This document shows, in pieces, positions 8,259 through 17,350 of a DNA stretch of 26,958 bases. A model generated the notes under the pieces. The model made no database searches. It was given only the letters and a program-made list of their open reading frames with translations, and was not told the DNA's origin. Source of the stretch: a virus (Duplodnaviria; Caudoviricetes). Location of the stretch: positions 1-26,958 of IMG/VR virus record IMGVR_UViG_3300048998_000030. One strand, written 5' to 3'. The stretch's first letter is position 1. Every line of letters starts with the position of its first letter. Made by a program: the position numbers and the translations under genes.

Positions 8259-10785
8259 GGGCAAGTCAAATTCCACCATCTACTACGAGTATTATATCTC
8301 GATGCACTTTGGCTGGTGCCACGGTCCTATCGATCAGCTTATGCAGGTCTACTTTCAGGAGAAGGCCGCGCTCGATGCCGGGCAGGAGATGTCCGGTCCC
8401 GGCTCCCTGAAGATCAAGAAGACGGATCTGTTCGGCGGGTTTGAGCGCGAAGGCGGCATTATCGGCACGATCGACTGGCGTCCGGGCACCATGGATCAGA
8501 TGCAGTCTGACGAGATGGCGCAGCGGTACGGGTACGCCAAAGAGAACATGCCCGGCTATCGAGGGCTGGCGAACCTCGCCTTTCACGGCGACTCGAACTC
8601 GGATCAGGACGGCGGATCTGTCGGCACCAACAACCCGCAGGTCCCGAGCATGTGGGCGCGGCTGCGGCGATCGTCCAAGACCTTGGGCGTCAACACGGCG
8701 ATCATCCCCAGCCCTGATGGCGTCTGGTATAACAGCAACCCGGCCACCATGCTGCACGAGATCCTGTTCGACGGACAGTGGGGCATGGGCGCTGATAATG
8801 ACGACATCGAGATCCCGTCGTTCACGGGATCGGCGCAGACGCTGTTCGATGAGAAGTTCGGCATGTCGCTCGCGTGGACGAAGCAGACGACGATCGAAGC
8901 GCTCTGCCAAGAGATCCTAGACCACATCAACGGCATGATGTTCTTCAACCCGTACACCGCGAAGATGAACCTGAAGCTCATCCGCAACGACTACGACCGT
9001 GCTACGCTCCCCTCCATGGGTCCGGACAACGCGGTGCTGAAATCGTTCCAGCGCAAGCTTTGGGGCGAGACCGTCAACGAGATCATTGTCACGTGGACAG
9101 ATCCGACTGACGGCACGGAAGCGGACACAACGATCACCTATCAAGATCCCGGCAACATCGCCATGCAGGGCACGGTCTCCAGTGAGACCCGGAACTATTA
9201 TGGCATCCGCGACGAGACGCTGGCCGCAAACACGTGCATGCGGGATCTCCAGTCGTCGTCCGCGCCGCTGGCAACCATCTCGCTCGAATGCCTGCGCACC
9301 AACTGGAAGCATCTCGACGGCACGCCCATCATGCCGGGCGACTGCATCAAATTCGTCTGGCCCGAGTACGGTATCGTACAAACGATCCTGCGCGTGCTGG
9401 AGATCGATTGGGGCACGGTGGACAGCTCAAAGCTCACCGTCAATCTGATCGAGGACATCTTCTCCTTCGACCTTGCACAGTTCGCCCTGCCCGGTGGGCC
9501 GGTGTGGACAGATCCGGCCGCAGATCCCAACGGCACCGGGTATCTCCAGCTCAAGGCCAAGTTCTTTTCGGCCCCGTACACCCAGCTCCAACAGGACTTG
9601 GGCGAGGACGCAGAAGACGCGCTGATCGACTCCAACTACCCGCGTATCGTCATCGGGTGCATGGTCACTCCAGATAAGCCGATCTATGCAGACGGCGTAC
9701 TTGTTTCCGGCCAAGCAGACCTCCAGTCGTTCATCATGAATACACCCACCGTCAACACGCTGGGCGATCCCGATTGGCTCAGCCAAGGCGACAAGTCCCT
9801 GACGGCGAAGGCTACGCTCTTTACCAGCTTGGTTCCCGAAGTGCGATCCACTTTGCAGTTCAAGGACAAGTATGGCGGCGAGGGACCGCAAGTCGGCCGG
9901 TACGCCATCATCGGAAACCAAACCTCCGACGAGTTCAACGAAGAGTGGATCATGTGGGAGTCGCAAATCGATGACACCACTTGGTTCGTCCGTCGCGGCG
10001 TACTGGACACGGTGCCGGCGAACTGGAGCGGCGGTTCGATCATATGGTTCCTCGGTGAGTCGTGGGACGCATACGACCGCAGCGACACGCTGGCCGATGT
10101 CGAGGAAGAGTACGCCTTGCAGGCTCGCACGTCGAAGGGCATCCAAGACTTCGCCAACGCTACACACTTCACCACCGTTCGTCCGGATAGGCCCTATCGC
10201 CCGTACCGGCCAGCCAACGTCAAGCTCGACGGCGTGTCCTTCCAGAAGACGCCTTCGACCACCACGCTGTTCGACTACGGCCTGCTCGACTACAGCCAGA
10301 AGATTGATTGGGGACTCGATACCGATGATCAGAACGAACCGCGTGCGCCGCACTGGACGATCAACTGCTCGTGGGCAAACCGCAACAGGAAGATGGAAGA
10401 GAACGTCGTCCTCGCGTGGGATCAGGGTGACGTTTCGCCAGAGGACGGCCAAACCACTGAGATCTGGATCTACGCGAAAAAAGACGCAACGGGCAGCTAC
10501 GGTCGCCACCCGGAAGACGACACGCCGCTCGACAAGGTCGTAGGTCTGACGGGCACCAGCTTCACGCTGGACATCGTCGCCTACACATCGCAGTTGCTCA
10601 ACATGTCGCTGCGGTTCATGTCGCGCCGGGGAGACTTCGTTTCGCTGCAAGGCGCACCGGTCAACCTGTCGCTCTACGTGAAGGGCTACGGTTCGGATTG
10701 GGATTATCTCTATGGCGGCTGGCCGGCCGATGCCGTACTGCACGAATTTGAAGGCGACATCGTCCTTCCGTATTTGGGGAACTAA
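8251..10785 (+). CDS. Tail tip / central spike protein (gpJ-like)
   Basis: YYISMHFGWCHGPID, MPGYRGLA, NPA..LHEIL...WGMG, LKLIRNDY, RRGVLDTVP and W..RNR motifs. Confidence 0.88.
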   Translation: MGKGKSNSTIYYEYYISMHFGWCHGPIDQLMQVYFQEKAALDAGQEMSGPGSLKIKKTDLFGGFEREGGIIGTIDWRPGTMDQMQSDEMAQRYGYAKENMPGYRGLANLAFHGDSNSDQDGGSVGTNNPQVPSMWARLRRSSKTLGVNTAIIPSPDGVWYNSNPATMLHEILFDGQWGMGADNDDIEIPSFTGSAQTLFDEKFGMSLAWTKQTTIEALCQEILDHINGMMFFNPYTAKMNLKLIRNDYDRATLPSMGPDNAVLKSFQRKLWGETVNEIIVTWTDPTDGTEADTTITYQDPGNIAMQGTVSSETRNYYGIRDETLAANTCMRDLQSSSAPLATISLECLRTNWKHLDGTPIMPGDCIKFVWPEYGIVQTILRVLEIDWGTVDSSKLTVNLIEDIFSFDLAQFALPGGPVWTDPAADPNGTGYLQLKAKFFSAPYTQLQQDLGEDAEDALIDSNYPRIVIGCMVTPDKPIYADGVLVSGQADLQSFIMNTPTVNTLGDPDWLSQGDKSLTAKATLFTSLVPEVRSTLQFKDKYGGEGPQVGRYAIIGNQTSDEFNEEWIMWESQIDDTTWFVRRGVLDTVPANWSGGSIIWFLGESWDAYDRSDTLADVEEEYALQARTSKGIQDFANATHFTTVRPDRPYRPYRPANVKLDGVSFQKTPSTTTLFDYGLLDYSQKIDWGLDTDDQNEPRAPHWTINCSWANRNRKMEENVVLAWDQGDVSPEDGQTTEIWIYAKKDATGSYGRHPEDDTPLDKVVGLTGTSFTLDIVAYTSQLLNMSLRFMSRRGDFVSLQGAPVNLSLYVKGYGSDWDYLYGGWPADAVLHEFEGDIVLPYLGN

Positions 10786-10787
10786 GC

Positions 10788-11534
10788 ATGGGCGCGATCG
10801 TAGATATCGGCAACGTCAGCGCGCTCCGGACCTACCGGGCGCACACGAATGGCTGGGGCCATGGGATGAACCTGAACATGATCGCGCTGTCGATCATGAT
10901 GTCACCGGGCGTCAAGAGCATGACCACCGCGCTCCCCGCCAACGGCACGCAGGGCGACACCTATATCGATCCCGGCACCGGCAAAATGTGCATGTGGATC
11001 GACGCGTGGAACGACGGTGACGATCAGCCGGCCGGCTGGTATTGCCTGTCTCCGAACATCGGCTCGATCACGCTGGTCAACGACTCGCAGCACCTGATGG
11101 TCTACGAGCTGCCCGGCCAGTGGAGCTTGCTGGTGGATCTCACCGCCACCCACAATCCGGTGCAGCGCGAGCTGGCCTTCTACGCGCCGGGGCTCGTGCG
11201 CGCCAACACCTCGATCTTTGCCTACGTCGCCGGCATGGAGCTGACGTTCCCGGCTGGCGCGGACAGCTCGGGGGCCGGGCTGGAGATCGCACCGTCTGCC
11301 GCCATCACCTTCAACATCACGGGACCGGGCGGCACGTTCGGCACGATCGCCTTCGCTTCCGGTTCGCTGGTGGGCACCGTGACGATCGCCAATGAAACGA
11401 TCCTCCAGCCGGCCGTGCCGACAGAGAACCAATACGTGCAGGCGAACGTCATGAAGGTGATCTCGCCGGCAGACGTGAAAGGGGCCAGCGGTCTGAACGT
11501 GACGCTCCGTGGCAAGATCCGGGGGATCGACTGA
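10788..11534 (+). CDS. DUF2793-like tail fibre adaptor protein
   Basis: GWGHGMNLN...VKSMTTALPANGTQGDTYI...GWYCLSPNIG pattern; beta-rich C-terminal domain; follows the tip gene. Confidence 0.65.
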   Translation: MGAIVDIGNVSALRTYRAHTNGWGHGMNLNMIALSIMMSPGVKSMTTALPANGTQGDTYIDPGTGKMCMWIDAWNDGDDQPAGWYCLSPNIGSITLVNDSQHLMVYELPGQWSLLVDLTATHNPVQRELAFYAPGLVRANTSIFAYVAGMELTFPAGADSSGAGLEIAPSAAITFNITGPGGTFGTIAFASGSLVGTVTIANETILQPAVPTENQYVQANVMKVISPADVKGASGLNVTLRGKIRGID

Positions 11535-12295
11535 TGGCGATCGAACCGTACTTCCCGAAGCGCGCCTACATGGATCTGAGCTACAGCGATCATAGCCGGT
11601 TTCTCCGGGCGAACGTTCGCACGCTCCAGCGCCACGGCGAGCAACTGTGGGACAGCGACATCAACAATAATCTGAGCTACTGGACGGTCTGGATGCCGAT
11701 GTCGGTGATCTATCGCCGGGATCAGAAGCACAACATGCGCCCGCCGTTCTACAGCCCCACCGTCCAGAAATACATCATCGATCCGAAGTGGGCGAACGTG
11801 CCCGATGGCGGCGAGGATCTGATCTATTTCTATGCAACCGGCATGCTCGCCGCGCTCTACTACAAGCCGATCAACGGCGCGCTCGCGTGGGTCAAGGCCG
11901 ATCACATGCTGGTCGCCTACTGCCAAGACGAGTGGAAGGCCGTGGCCGCGCTCGATGTCAAGGACCGCAACGTCGAGATCGCGATCTACGCCAAGGGCGT
12001 GAAGCGTGGCAACCGGCCGTATGTCGCCACCCACGTCGTCGGCCAAGCGTTCACCCTGCCGGCCACCGGCCCTTCCAGCTTCCTCTCGCGAGCCCGTGGG
12101 ATCGATATCCGGACGGCGCTGATACTCACCAAGAACGGCGTGAAGGTGGGTGAAGTCTTTCAGACCCGCACGTCCTCCGGGCTGCACTCGGCCGGCGTCA
12201 CGTTCAACAAGGGCGATGTCCTCGGTATCCAGATCCCCGCTTCCGGTGGGATCAGCGACGAAATAATCATCTCCATCATTGGGAGCCTCGTTTGA
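11534..12295 (+). CDS. Divergent DUF2793-like tail protein
   Basis: W..DINNNL...KYII...YYKPINGALAWVKAD...Y..DEW parallels the upstream protein; TGATG coupling. Confidence 0.5.
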   Translation: MAIEPYFPKRAYMDLSYSDHSRFLRANVRTLQRHGEQLWDSDINNNLSYWTVWMPMSVIYRRDQKHNMRPPFYSPTVQKYIIDPKWANVPDGGEDLIYFYATGMLAALYYKPINGALAWVKADHMLVAYCQDEWKAVAALDVKDRNVEIAIYAKGVKRGNRPYVATHVVGQAFTLPATGPSSFLSRARGIDIRTALILTKNGVKVGEVFQTRTSSGLHSAGVTFNKGDVLGIQIPASGGISDEIIISIIGSLV

Positions 12296-14538
12296 CTCGA
12301 TACCTCATTGGCCGGCCCGTTGTAGCCGAACCCTACCTCGAACTTTACGAAGGCCAGTCAACCGGCACCGGCCCTGCAACGCGCCTCGGTTTCCAGCCGG
12401 GGATCGCCGGCCCGGTCAACAAGCTGAAGTTCTCGCAGAAGCTGACGGAGCTGGCGCTGGAGTGCGACTACCGCCGTGCCACAGTGCCAGGCATTGGCAA
12501 TCCGAACACGCCAATCGCCACGGGCGGGATCAAAGTCTTCTCCCCGGAAGACAACTACGTCGTGCTTGGCGGCAACGCCTCGACGCTGGCTGCCATGTAT
12601 TATCGGCGCGGCCCATACTACCTGCCGGTGCCGCCAGACAAGGTGCCCTTCCCGGTGACATCGGGCGCTTATGTCACGGCTGCGGTCATGTCGAACCAAG
12701 CCGGTGTGCTGGCCTTCATCACCTCGGACGCGCCGACGCTGGTCAAGTTCTGCGACAAGGTGACGGACGCCGAGACCGGTCTGGACACGTGGACGCAGAA
12801 GGCGACAGCGACGATCGCCACCGGTCTGACGGGCCTGTCGATCGCGCCGGACGGCTCCTACATCTCGGTATCCGCGCCGGGGATCGTCGGCCACGTCTAC
12901 AAGCTCGTCGGCACGGTCTACGTGGATGTCAGCCGCTCGGGTGCAAACCCTATTCAGGGCATGGTCAAGCGGTCTGACGGTGCGATCTACGTGATCGAAA
13001 AGTCGCTCACCGCCGCGACGGCAGCCGTGGTCTACAAATATGACGGCACGACTTGGACGCTGGTGATCACGCTGCTGATCAACACGGCCAACGGCGGCGT
13101 GTCCAGCGGCTACAAGTTCAGCCCGGACGGCAACACGATCGTCTATTGCTACACCCGGACAGCCACCGGCACCGGGGATGTTCTGTCGGTCTACCACCAC
13201 AACGGAACGACCTTCGTCAAGATGGCGTCGACTCCCGTGACCACGCCGCGTTGGCCGACGACGACAACCTGCATCGTGTCTCCGGACGGCATGTTCGCCG
13301 CTGTCAGCTTCTTCAGCATCGGCGCGTCACCGCAAAACCCAACGGTTCGGATGTACGCGCTGACGACGGCCGGCACCACGACCACCATGACGCTCGTGCA
13401 TGAATGGGTCACGACCGCTTCCTCGATCATCGCCCGGAACTTCTCGCCGGACATGTCGGTCATCCACTGCTCGAACGGCAACTCGATCGGCCAGCACTTC
13501 TCGACGGTCACGCCGTTCGGGGAGCTGACATCGATCCCGGAAGCGCCGGGCGTTGCCGCCAGCACGGTATGGGAGGTAGATTATGGAACTGTCGGGCAGG
13601 CGTCCTTCGCCATCTCGGGCTCCACCGTCATCCCGGTGATCCGCGACGGCAAGGGCAGCTATCTCGATGCCCGCATACTGGAGGGCACGTTCGTCTTCCT
13701 GTACGACCGCAAGCCGTCCGGTTCGGGTGGCGCGGACAACTTCATCGAGCGCAACTTCGTCCAGCATCTGCTTGGCACCGTCGTCACCGACATCGTCTTC
13801 TCGCCGGACAGCAAGGTCCTGCTCTACCACACGACGCGTCCGGGCGTCACCGATCAGTCGGGGCTCGGCCGGTTCGTCTACGACATCTCGCGGGCCGGCT
13901 TCATCACCTACAAGGGCGCGATCTATCTGGCCTCGGATGAAGCGAGCTTTGCCGCCGTCAATCCGTCCAGCTCCTACTTTGTCGTGTGCTTCCGCAATCC
14001 GACGAACGGCAGCAACGTCAAGCTCTATAAGCTCGATGCCTTGTTCGCCTACACGGAGAAGGACAGCCATCTGGTGGACTACGGGCCGGTGGCTTTCTCG
14101 GTCTGCGAAACGGTCGTCGTTGCCCACGGTGGGCTCACACCGTACACGCTCTACGCTCACACCTCGTCGCCTGACGTGCTGGTGCTTCAGCCGATCACCT
14201 TCACCGATTGGGACAGCGGTTCGGACATCCTTGCCGCTGCGTTCACACCGGATTGCGATGGCGTCGTTCTGCTGACACCCGACGAGATCGTGCTGCTGGA
14301 CTCCGACGACGGATCTGAAGACGACAGCTCGGATCAGCAAAACCCTCCGGACTCCACGATCGACATGGACCCGGACAGCCCGAACAGCATGATCGTCATT
14401 CCGCGAGACAACGGTGCTGCTGGTGGTAGCGCGCCCGCGAACGGTGCCGGCACTGGCATTGACGTGCCTTCGAAAAGCGTGGACAAGTTTGAATACATCC
14501 CCTACGTGGCTATCAATATCACTTACAGGACGTGGTGA
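12292..14538 (+). CDS. Beta-propeller virion protein, putative receptor-binding (748 aa)
   Basis: Repeated blade motifs IAPDGSY, FSPDGNT, VSPDGMF, FSPDMS, FSPDSK, FTPDCD; TTGA overlap start. Confidence 0.7.
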   Translation: MTRYLIGRPVVAEPYLELYEGQSTGTGPATRLGFQPGIAGPVNKLKFSQKLTELALECDYRRATVPGIGNPNTPIATGGIKVFSPEDNYVVLGGNASTLAAMYYRRGPYYLPVPPDKVPFPVTSGAYVTAAVMSNQAGVLAFITSDAPTLVKFCDKVTDAETGLDTWTQKATATIATGLTGLSIAPDGSYISVSAPGIVGHVYKLVGTVYVDVSRSGANPIQGMVKRSDGAIYVIEKSLTAATAAVVYKYDGTTWTLVITLLINTANGGVSSGYKFSPDGNTIVYCYTRTATGTGDVLSVYHHNGTTFVKMASTPVTTPRWPTTTTCIVSPDGMFAAVSFFSIGASPQNPTVRMYALTTAGTTTTMTLVHEWVTTASSIIARNFSPDMSVIHCSNGNSIGQHFSTVTPFGELTSIPEAPGVAASTVWEVDYGTVGQASFAISGSTVIPVIRDGKGSYLDARILEGTFVFLYDRKPSGSGGADNFIERNFVQHLLGTVVTDIVFSPDSKVLLYHTTRPGVTDQSGLGRFVYDISRAGFITYKGAIYLASDEASFAAVNPSSSYFVVCFRNPTNGSNVKLYKLDALFAYTEKDSHLVDYGPVAFSVCETVVVAHGGLTPYTLYAHTSSPDVLVLQPITFTDWDSGSDILAAAFTPDCDGVVLLTPDEIVLLDSDDGSEDDSSDQQNPPDSTIDMDPDSPNSMIVIPRDNGAAGGSAPANGAGTGIDVPSKSVDKFEYIPYVAINITYRTW

Positions 14539-14586
14539 CGTTCCAGCGATTCAGCTATAGCCGAAGCCACCCTTCAGGAGCGCCAC

Positions 14587-15015
14587 ATGTCCATTACCCG
14601 CATTTCCTCCCTCGCCGCCATCGTCATGTGCCAGTCGCTGATCAATCAGATCGAGATCGGCGCGGGTGTCGCCACCATCGGGATCTACGACGGCGCGATG
14701 CCGGCCGACCTCGAAACACCGATCGTCGCTCAAAACGAGCTGGTCATTCTGGAGCTGCCGAGCCCGGCTTTCGCTGATGCCATCGCATCCGGCACGGGCG
14801 GCACGGCTGTCATCAACACGGTCCCGGCCGTTGCCGCAACACTGAGCGGCACCGCCACCTTCGCCCGCCTGTTCAACAAGAACGGCGATGCCGTGCTAGA
14901 CGTGGACGTGTCCAACGCCGATGGCAACGGGGCGCTGAAGCTGTCCTCCGTGACGGTGGTTGCGGATGTCAACGTTTCCGTCGTTTCCCTCACCATCACT
15001 CAGCGCAAAGCTTAA
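14587..15015 (+). CDS. Small beta-rich virion protein, paralogue 1 (142 aa)
   Basis: AGGAG RBS; IYDGAMP...L..PAF...GTATFARL...G..VLD.DV motif shared with 15031 and 16916. Confidence 0.8.
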   Translation: MSITRISSLAAIVMCQSLINQIEIGAGVATIGIYDGAMPADLETPIVAQNELVILELPSPAFADAIASGTGGTAVINTVPAVAATLSGTATFARLFNKNGDAVLDVDVSNADGNGALKLSSVTVVADVNVSVVSLTITQRKA

Positions 15016-15030
15016 CAGGAGATCCGGGAC

Positions 15031-15471
15031 ATGGTCCTACGCATTAAGAACTCTCTCGCCATGATCGCATGCGATGCCATCGTGGATCAGATCGACGTCG
15101 GAGCCGGCACGTCGCTGCTCCAGATCTACAGCGGCGTGAAGCCCGTGAACCTCGGTGACGCGATCGGCGCGCAGGTCAAGCTGGCCGAGTTCGCCCTGCC
15201 AGATCCTTGCTTCGGCAATGCCGTTTCCACGACTGGCGGCGGCACGGCCACGGCTGACGTTGCCGACATTCCGACAGCCACCGCGCCTGCCGGTGCCGGT
15301 GCCGGTACGGTCGCCACTTGGTTCCGCGTCATTGACGGCAACGGCGCACCGATCATGGACGGCGAAGTCACCGACACGGCCGGCGTCGGCCCCATGAAGC
15401 TCGCCAACACCACCGTCGTCGCCAACATTGACGTGACTGTGGTTTCTTGGACCTGCTTCCACCCTGAATAA
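15031..15471 (+). CDS. Small beta-rich virion protein, paralogue 2 (146 aa)
   Basis: AGGAG RBS; LQIYSGVKP...QVKLAEFALPDPCF...ATWFRVIDGNG..IMDGEVT. Confidence 0.8.
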   Translation: MVLRIKNSLAMIACDAIVDQIDVGAGTSLLQIYSGVKPVNLGDAIGAQVKLAEFALPDPCFGNAVSTTGGGTATADVADIPTATAPAGAGAGTVATWFRVIDGNGAPIMDGEVTDTAGVGPMKLANTTVVANIDVTVVSWTCFHPE

Positions 15472-15495
15472 GAACGACAACAGTGAGGGCCGATC

Positions 15496-16902
15496 GTGGC
15501 AGTAGGGCAGCCGTATCTCGTCGTGTGGTCGAAGGTGGACAACACCGTTCGACTATTTGAACTCTCGGGATCAGCGTTTGTCCAGATCGGCACGTCGGCT
15601 CTCACCGTTGGATCTGATGTCGTCAGCAATGGGCGACTATTCTTCAGCGCCGATGGCAACCACATCCTCGGCGTCGGCAAGGCCAGCTTGGCTGCCACGA
15701 CCGCGCTTCTCTACAATTGGGATCTGACACTGACGCTCATCCAAGCCGCCGTTGCGCGGCCGACGATGGCAGCCGTCAATCACTTTGCTGCGGATCTCAC
15801 CAAGACGAACAACATCCTTTCCGTCGATCCGGCGAGCGCCAACTATGCCACGGCGCTGCTCGTGTCCGGCCAGCTCGACACGGTAGCGACTTCCGCTTTC
15901 GGTGACAGCTCCTACGTCAAGTGGTCGCCGGATGAGACCGGCCTGTTCCAGATCGCCGCCAGCGTCAGCCAGATCGTGCGCGTCTCCGGGCGATCCGGGA
16001 TCTACGCCAACGCCTTCGTCGTCACCAATCTGCCGAACGCCGGCCCCGGTGTGGTCGCGGACTGGTCATCGGACTCCAAGTATCTGTTCATCGGCTGCTC
16101 GAACGGCACCGTCGAGTGCTGGGCTTGGGACGGTTCGGCCGCGACACTCACGCAGCAGATGGCAAGCCCCGGCTACGGCGCGGTCACGGCTGTCTCGGTT
16201 CGCCCCGGTGGACGCTATGTCGCGATCGGCTATTTCGACGGTACGACCTACCGCACCGTGATCTACCGCCGCATCGGTCCATACCTGAAGCAGTTGCAGG
16301 TTATCTCTGGTCTCGGCCGGCTGCTGAACTGGACGCAGGACGGCCAGTATCTGCTCGATGCCGGCAGCAAGGTGGGCTACCAGTACGTCGGCAATGACGT
16401 GTTCTCGCAGGTCACGGGCATGCTCGATGCCGTGCCGGCCAACGTCGTGTCGCAGGCTGTCAGCCCGCATGCCGTCAGCGTGACAGGGTCGCCGCAGCTC
16501 TACGATCTGGCGGTGCCGGCGATCGTCAACAAGACCTACGATCCGACCGGGATCAAGTTCGCGCTGCTCGATGCCACGGCCACCTTCAGCCACAACGCAA
16601 CGTCGGCCATGGCGATCAAGGGCGGCAAGGAAGTCTCGGGCAACAACTGGCCGGAAGGCGGCAAGCCTGTCGCGAACCTGCACGTCGCTACGAACTCGAT
16701 CGGCGCGGTCGCCTCGGCCGACAACACGACGCAGGCGATCACCGGCACCACGGGGCTCGACTTCCGCTACGGCCTGATCTACGACGCAACGCACGACACG
16801 CCGCTCGTGTGGGTCGATTGGGGCGCAGCGCAGCACGTCGACTCCTCCATGACTATCGTTTTGAATTTCAGCTCGCCGGGCCTTATCCAGTTCGCGACTT
16901 AA
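15496..16902 (+). CDS. Beta-propeller protein fused to a C-terminal ~130-aa phage structural domain
   Basis: Blades FSADGNH, WSPDET, WSSDSKYL, VRPGGRYV, WTQDGQYL. C-terminal KFALL...EVSGNNWPEGG...RYGLIYD...PLVWVDWG domain is common in phage fibre-region genes. Confidence 0.72.
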   Translation: MAVGQPYLVVWSKVDNTVRLFELSGSAFVQIGTSALTVGSDVVSNGRLFFSADGNHILGVGKASLAATTALLYNWDLTLTLIQAAVARPTMAAVNHFAADLTKTNNILSVDPASANYATALLVSGQLDTVATSAFGDSSYVKWSPDETGLFQIAASVSQIVRVSGRSGIYANAFVVTNLPNAGPGVVADWSSDSKYLFIGCSNGTVECWAWDGSAATLTQQMASPGYGAVTAVSVRPGGRYVAIGYFDGTTYRTVIYRRIGPYLKQLQVISGLGRLLNWTQDGQYLLDAGSKVGYQYVGNDVFSQVTGMLDAVPANVVSQAVSPHAVSVTGSPQLYDLAVPAIVNKTYDPTGIKFALLDATATFSHNATSAMAIKGGKEVSGNNWPEGGKPVANLHVATNSIGAVASADNTTQAITGTTGLDFRYGLIYDATHDTPLVWVDWGAAQHVDSSMTIVLNFSSPGLIQFAT

Positions 16903-16915
16903 CAGGGGGCCGACG

Positions 16916-17338
16916 ATGGTCAATCGACTTAGCTATGCTGCCGCTGGAGCTGCGCTTAACGCTATCAACGCCCTGTTCAATGTCGGCACCGGCAACGCGC
17001 TGCTGCGCATGTATTCCGGCGCACGACCGGCAAGCGTCGAGACCGCTGTTTCCACGCAGGTTCTGCTGGCCGAGTTCATCCTGCCCAATCCGTTGTTCCC
17101 GGCCGCGACCGGCGTTCTCAGCACGGCGCAGGCAAACGCGGCGGCGATCGCTGCTGTCAACGGGCTGGCGAACGGCACGGCGACTTGGTTCCGCGTCCTC
17201 GACCGCAACGGGCTGGCTGTCATGGATGGCGACATAACGGAGTATCCCGGCACCGGGGCGCTGCAAGTCCCGACCGCCGCTGTCGCTTCCGGCAAGCCGG
17301 TGATCATCAATGGATGGCAATCCGTCTTCCCGCTGTAA
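16916..17338 (+). CDS. Small beta-rich virion protein, paralogue 3 (140 aa)
   Basis: LRMYSGARP...QVLLAEFILPNPLF...GTATWFRVLDRNG..VMDGDIT. Confidence 0.8.
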   Translation: MVNRLSYAAAGAALNAINALFNVGTGNALLRMYSGARPASVETAVSTQVLLAEFILPNPLFPAATGVLSTAQANAAAIAAVNGLANGTATWFRVLDRNGLAVMDGDITEYPGTGALQVPTAAVASGKPVIINGWQSVFPL

Positions 17339-17350
17339 GGTTCCGCGCCC

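Noticed and set aside
5752-10785. Gene transfer agent rather than phage
   Set aside because: The hub and tip are GTA-related families, but the 1772-aa tape measure, linked lysis module and phage early genes indicate a true phage.
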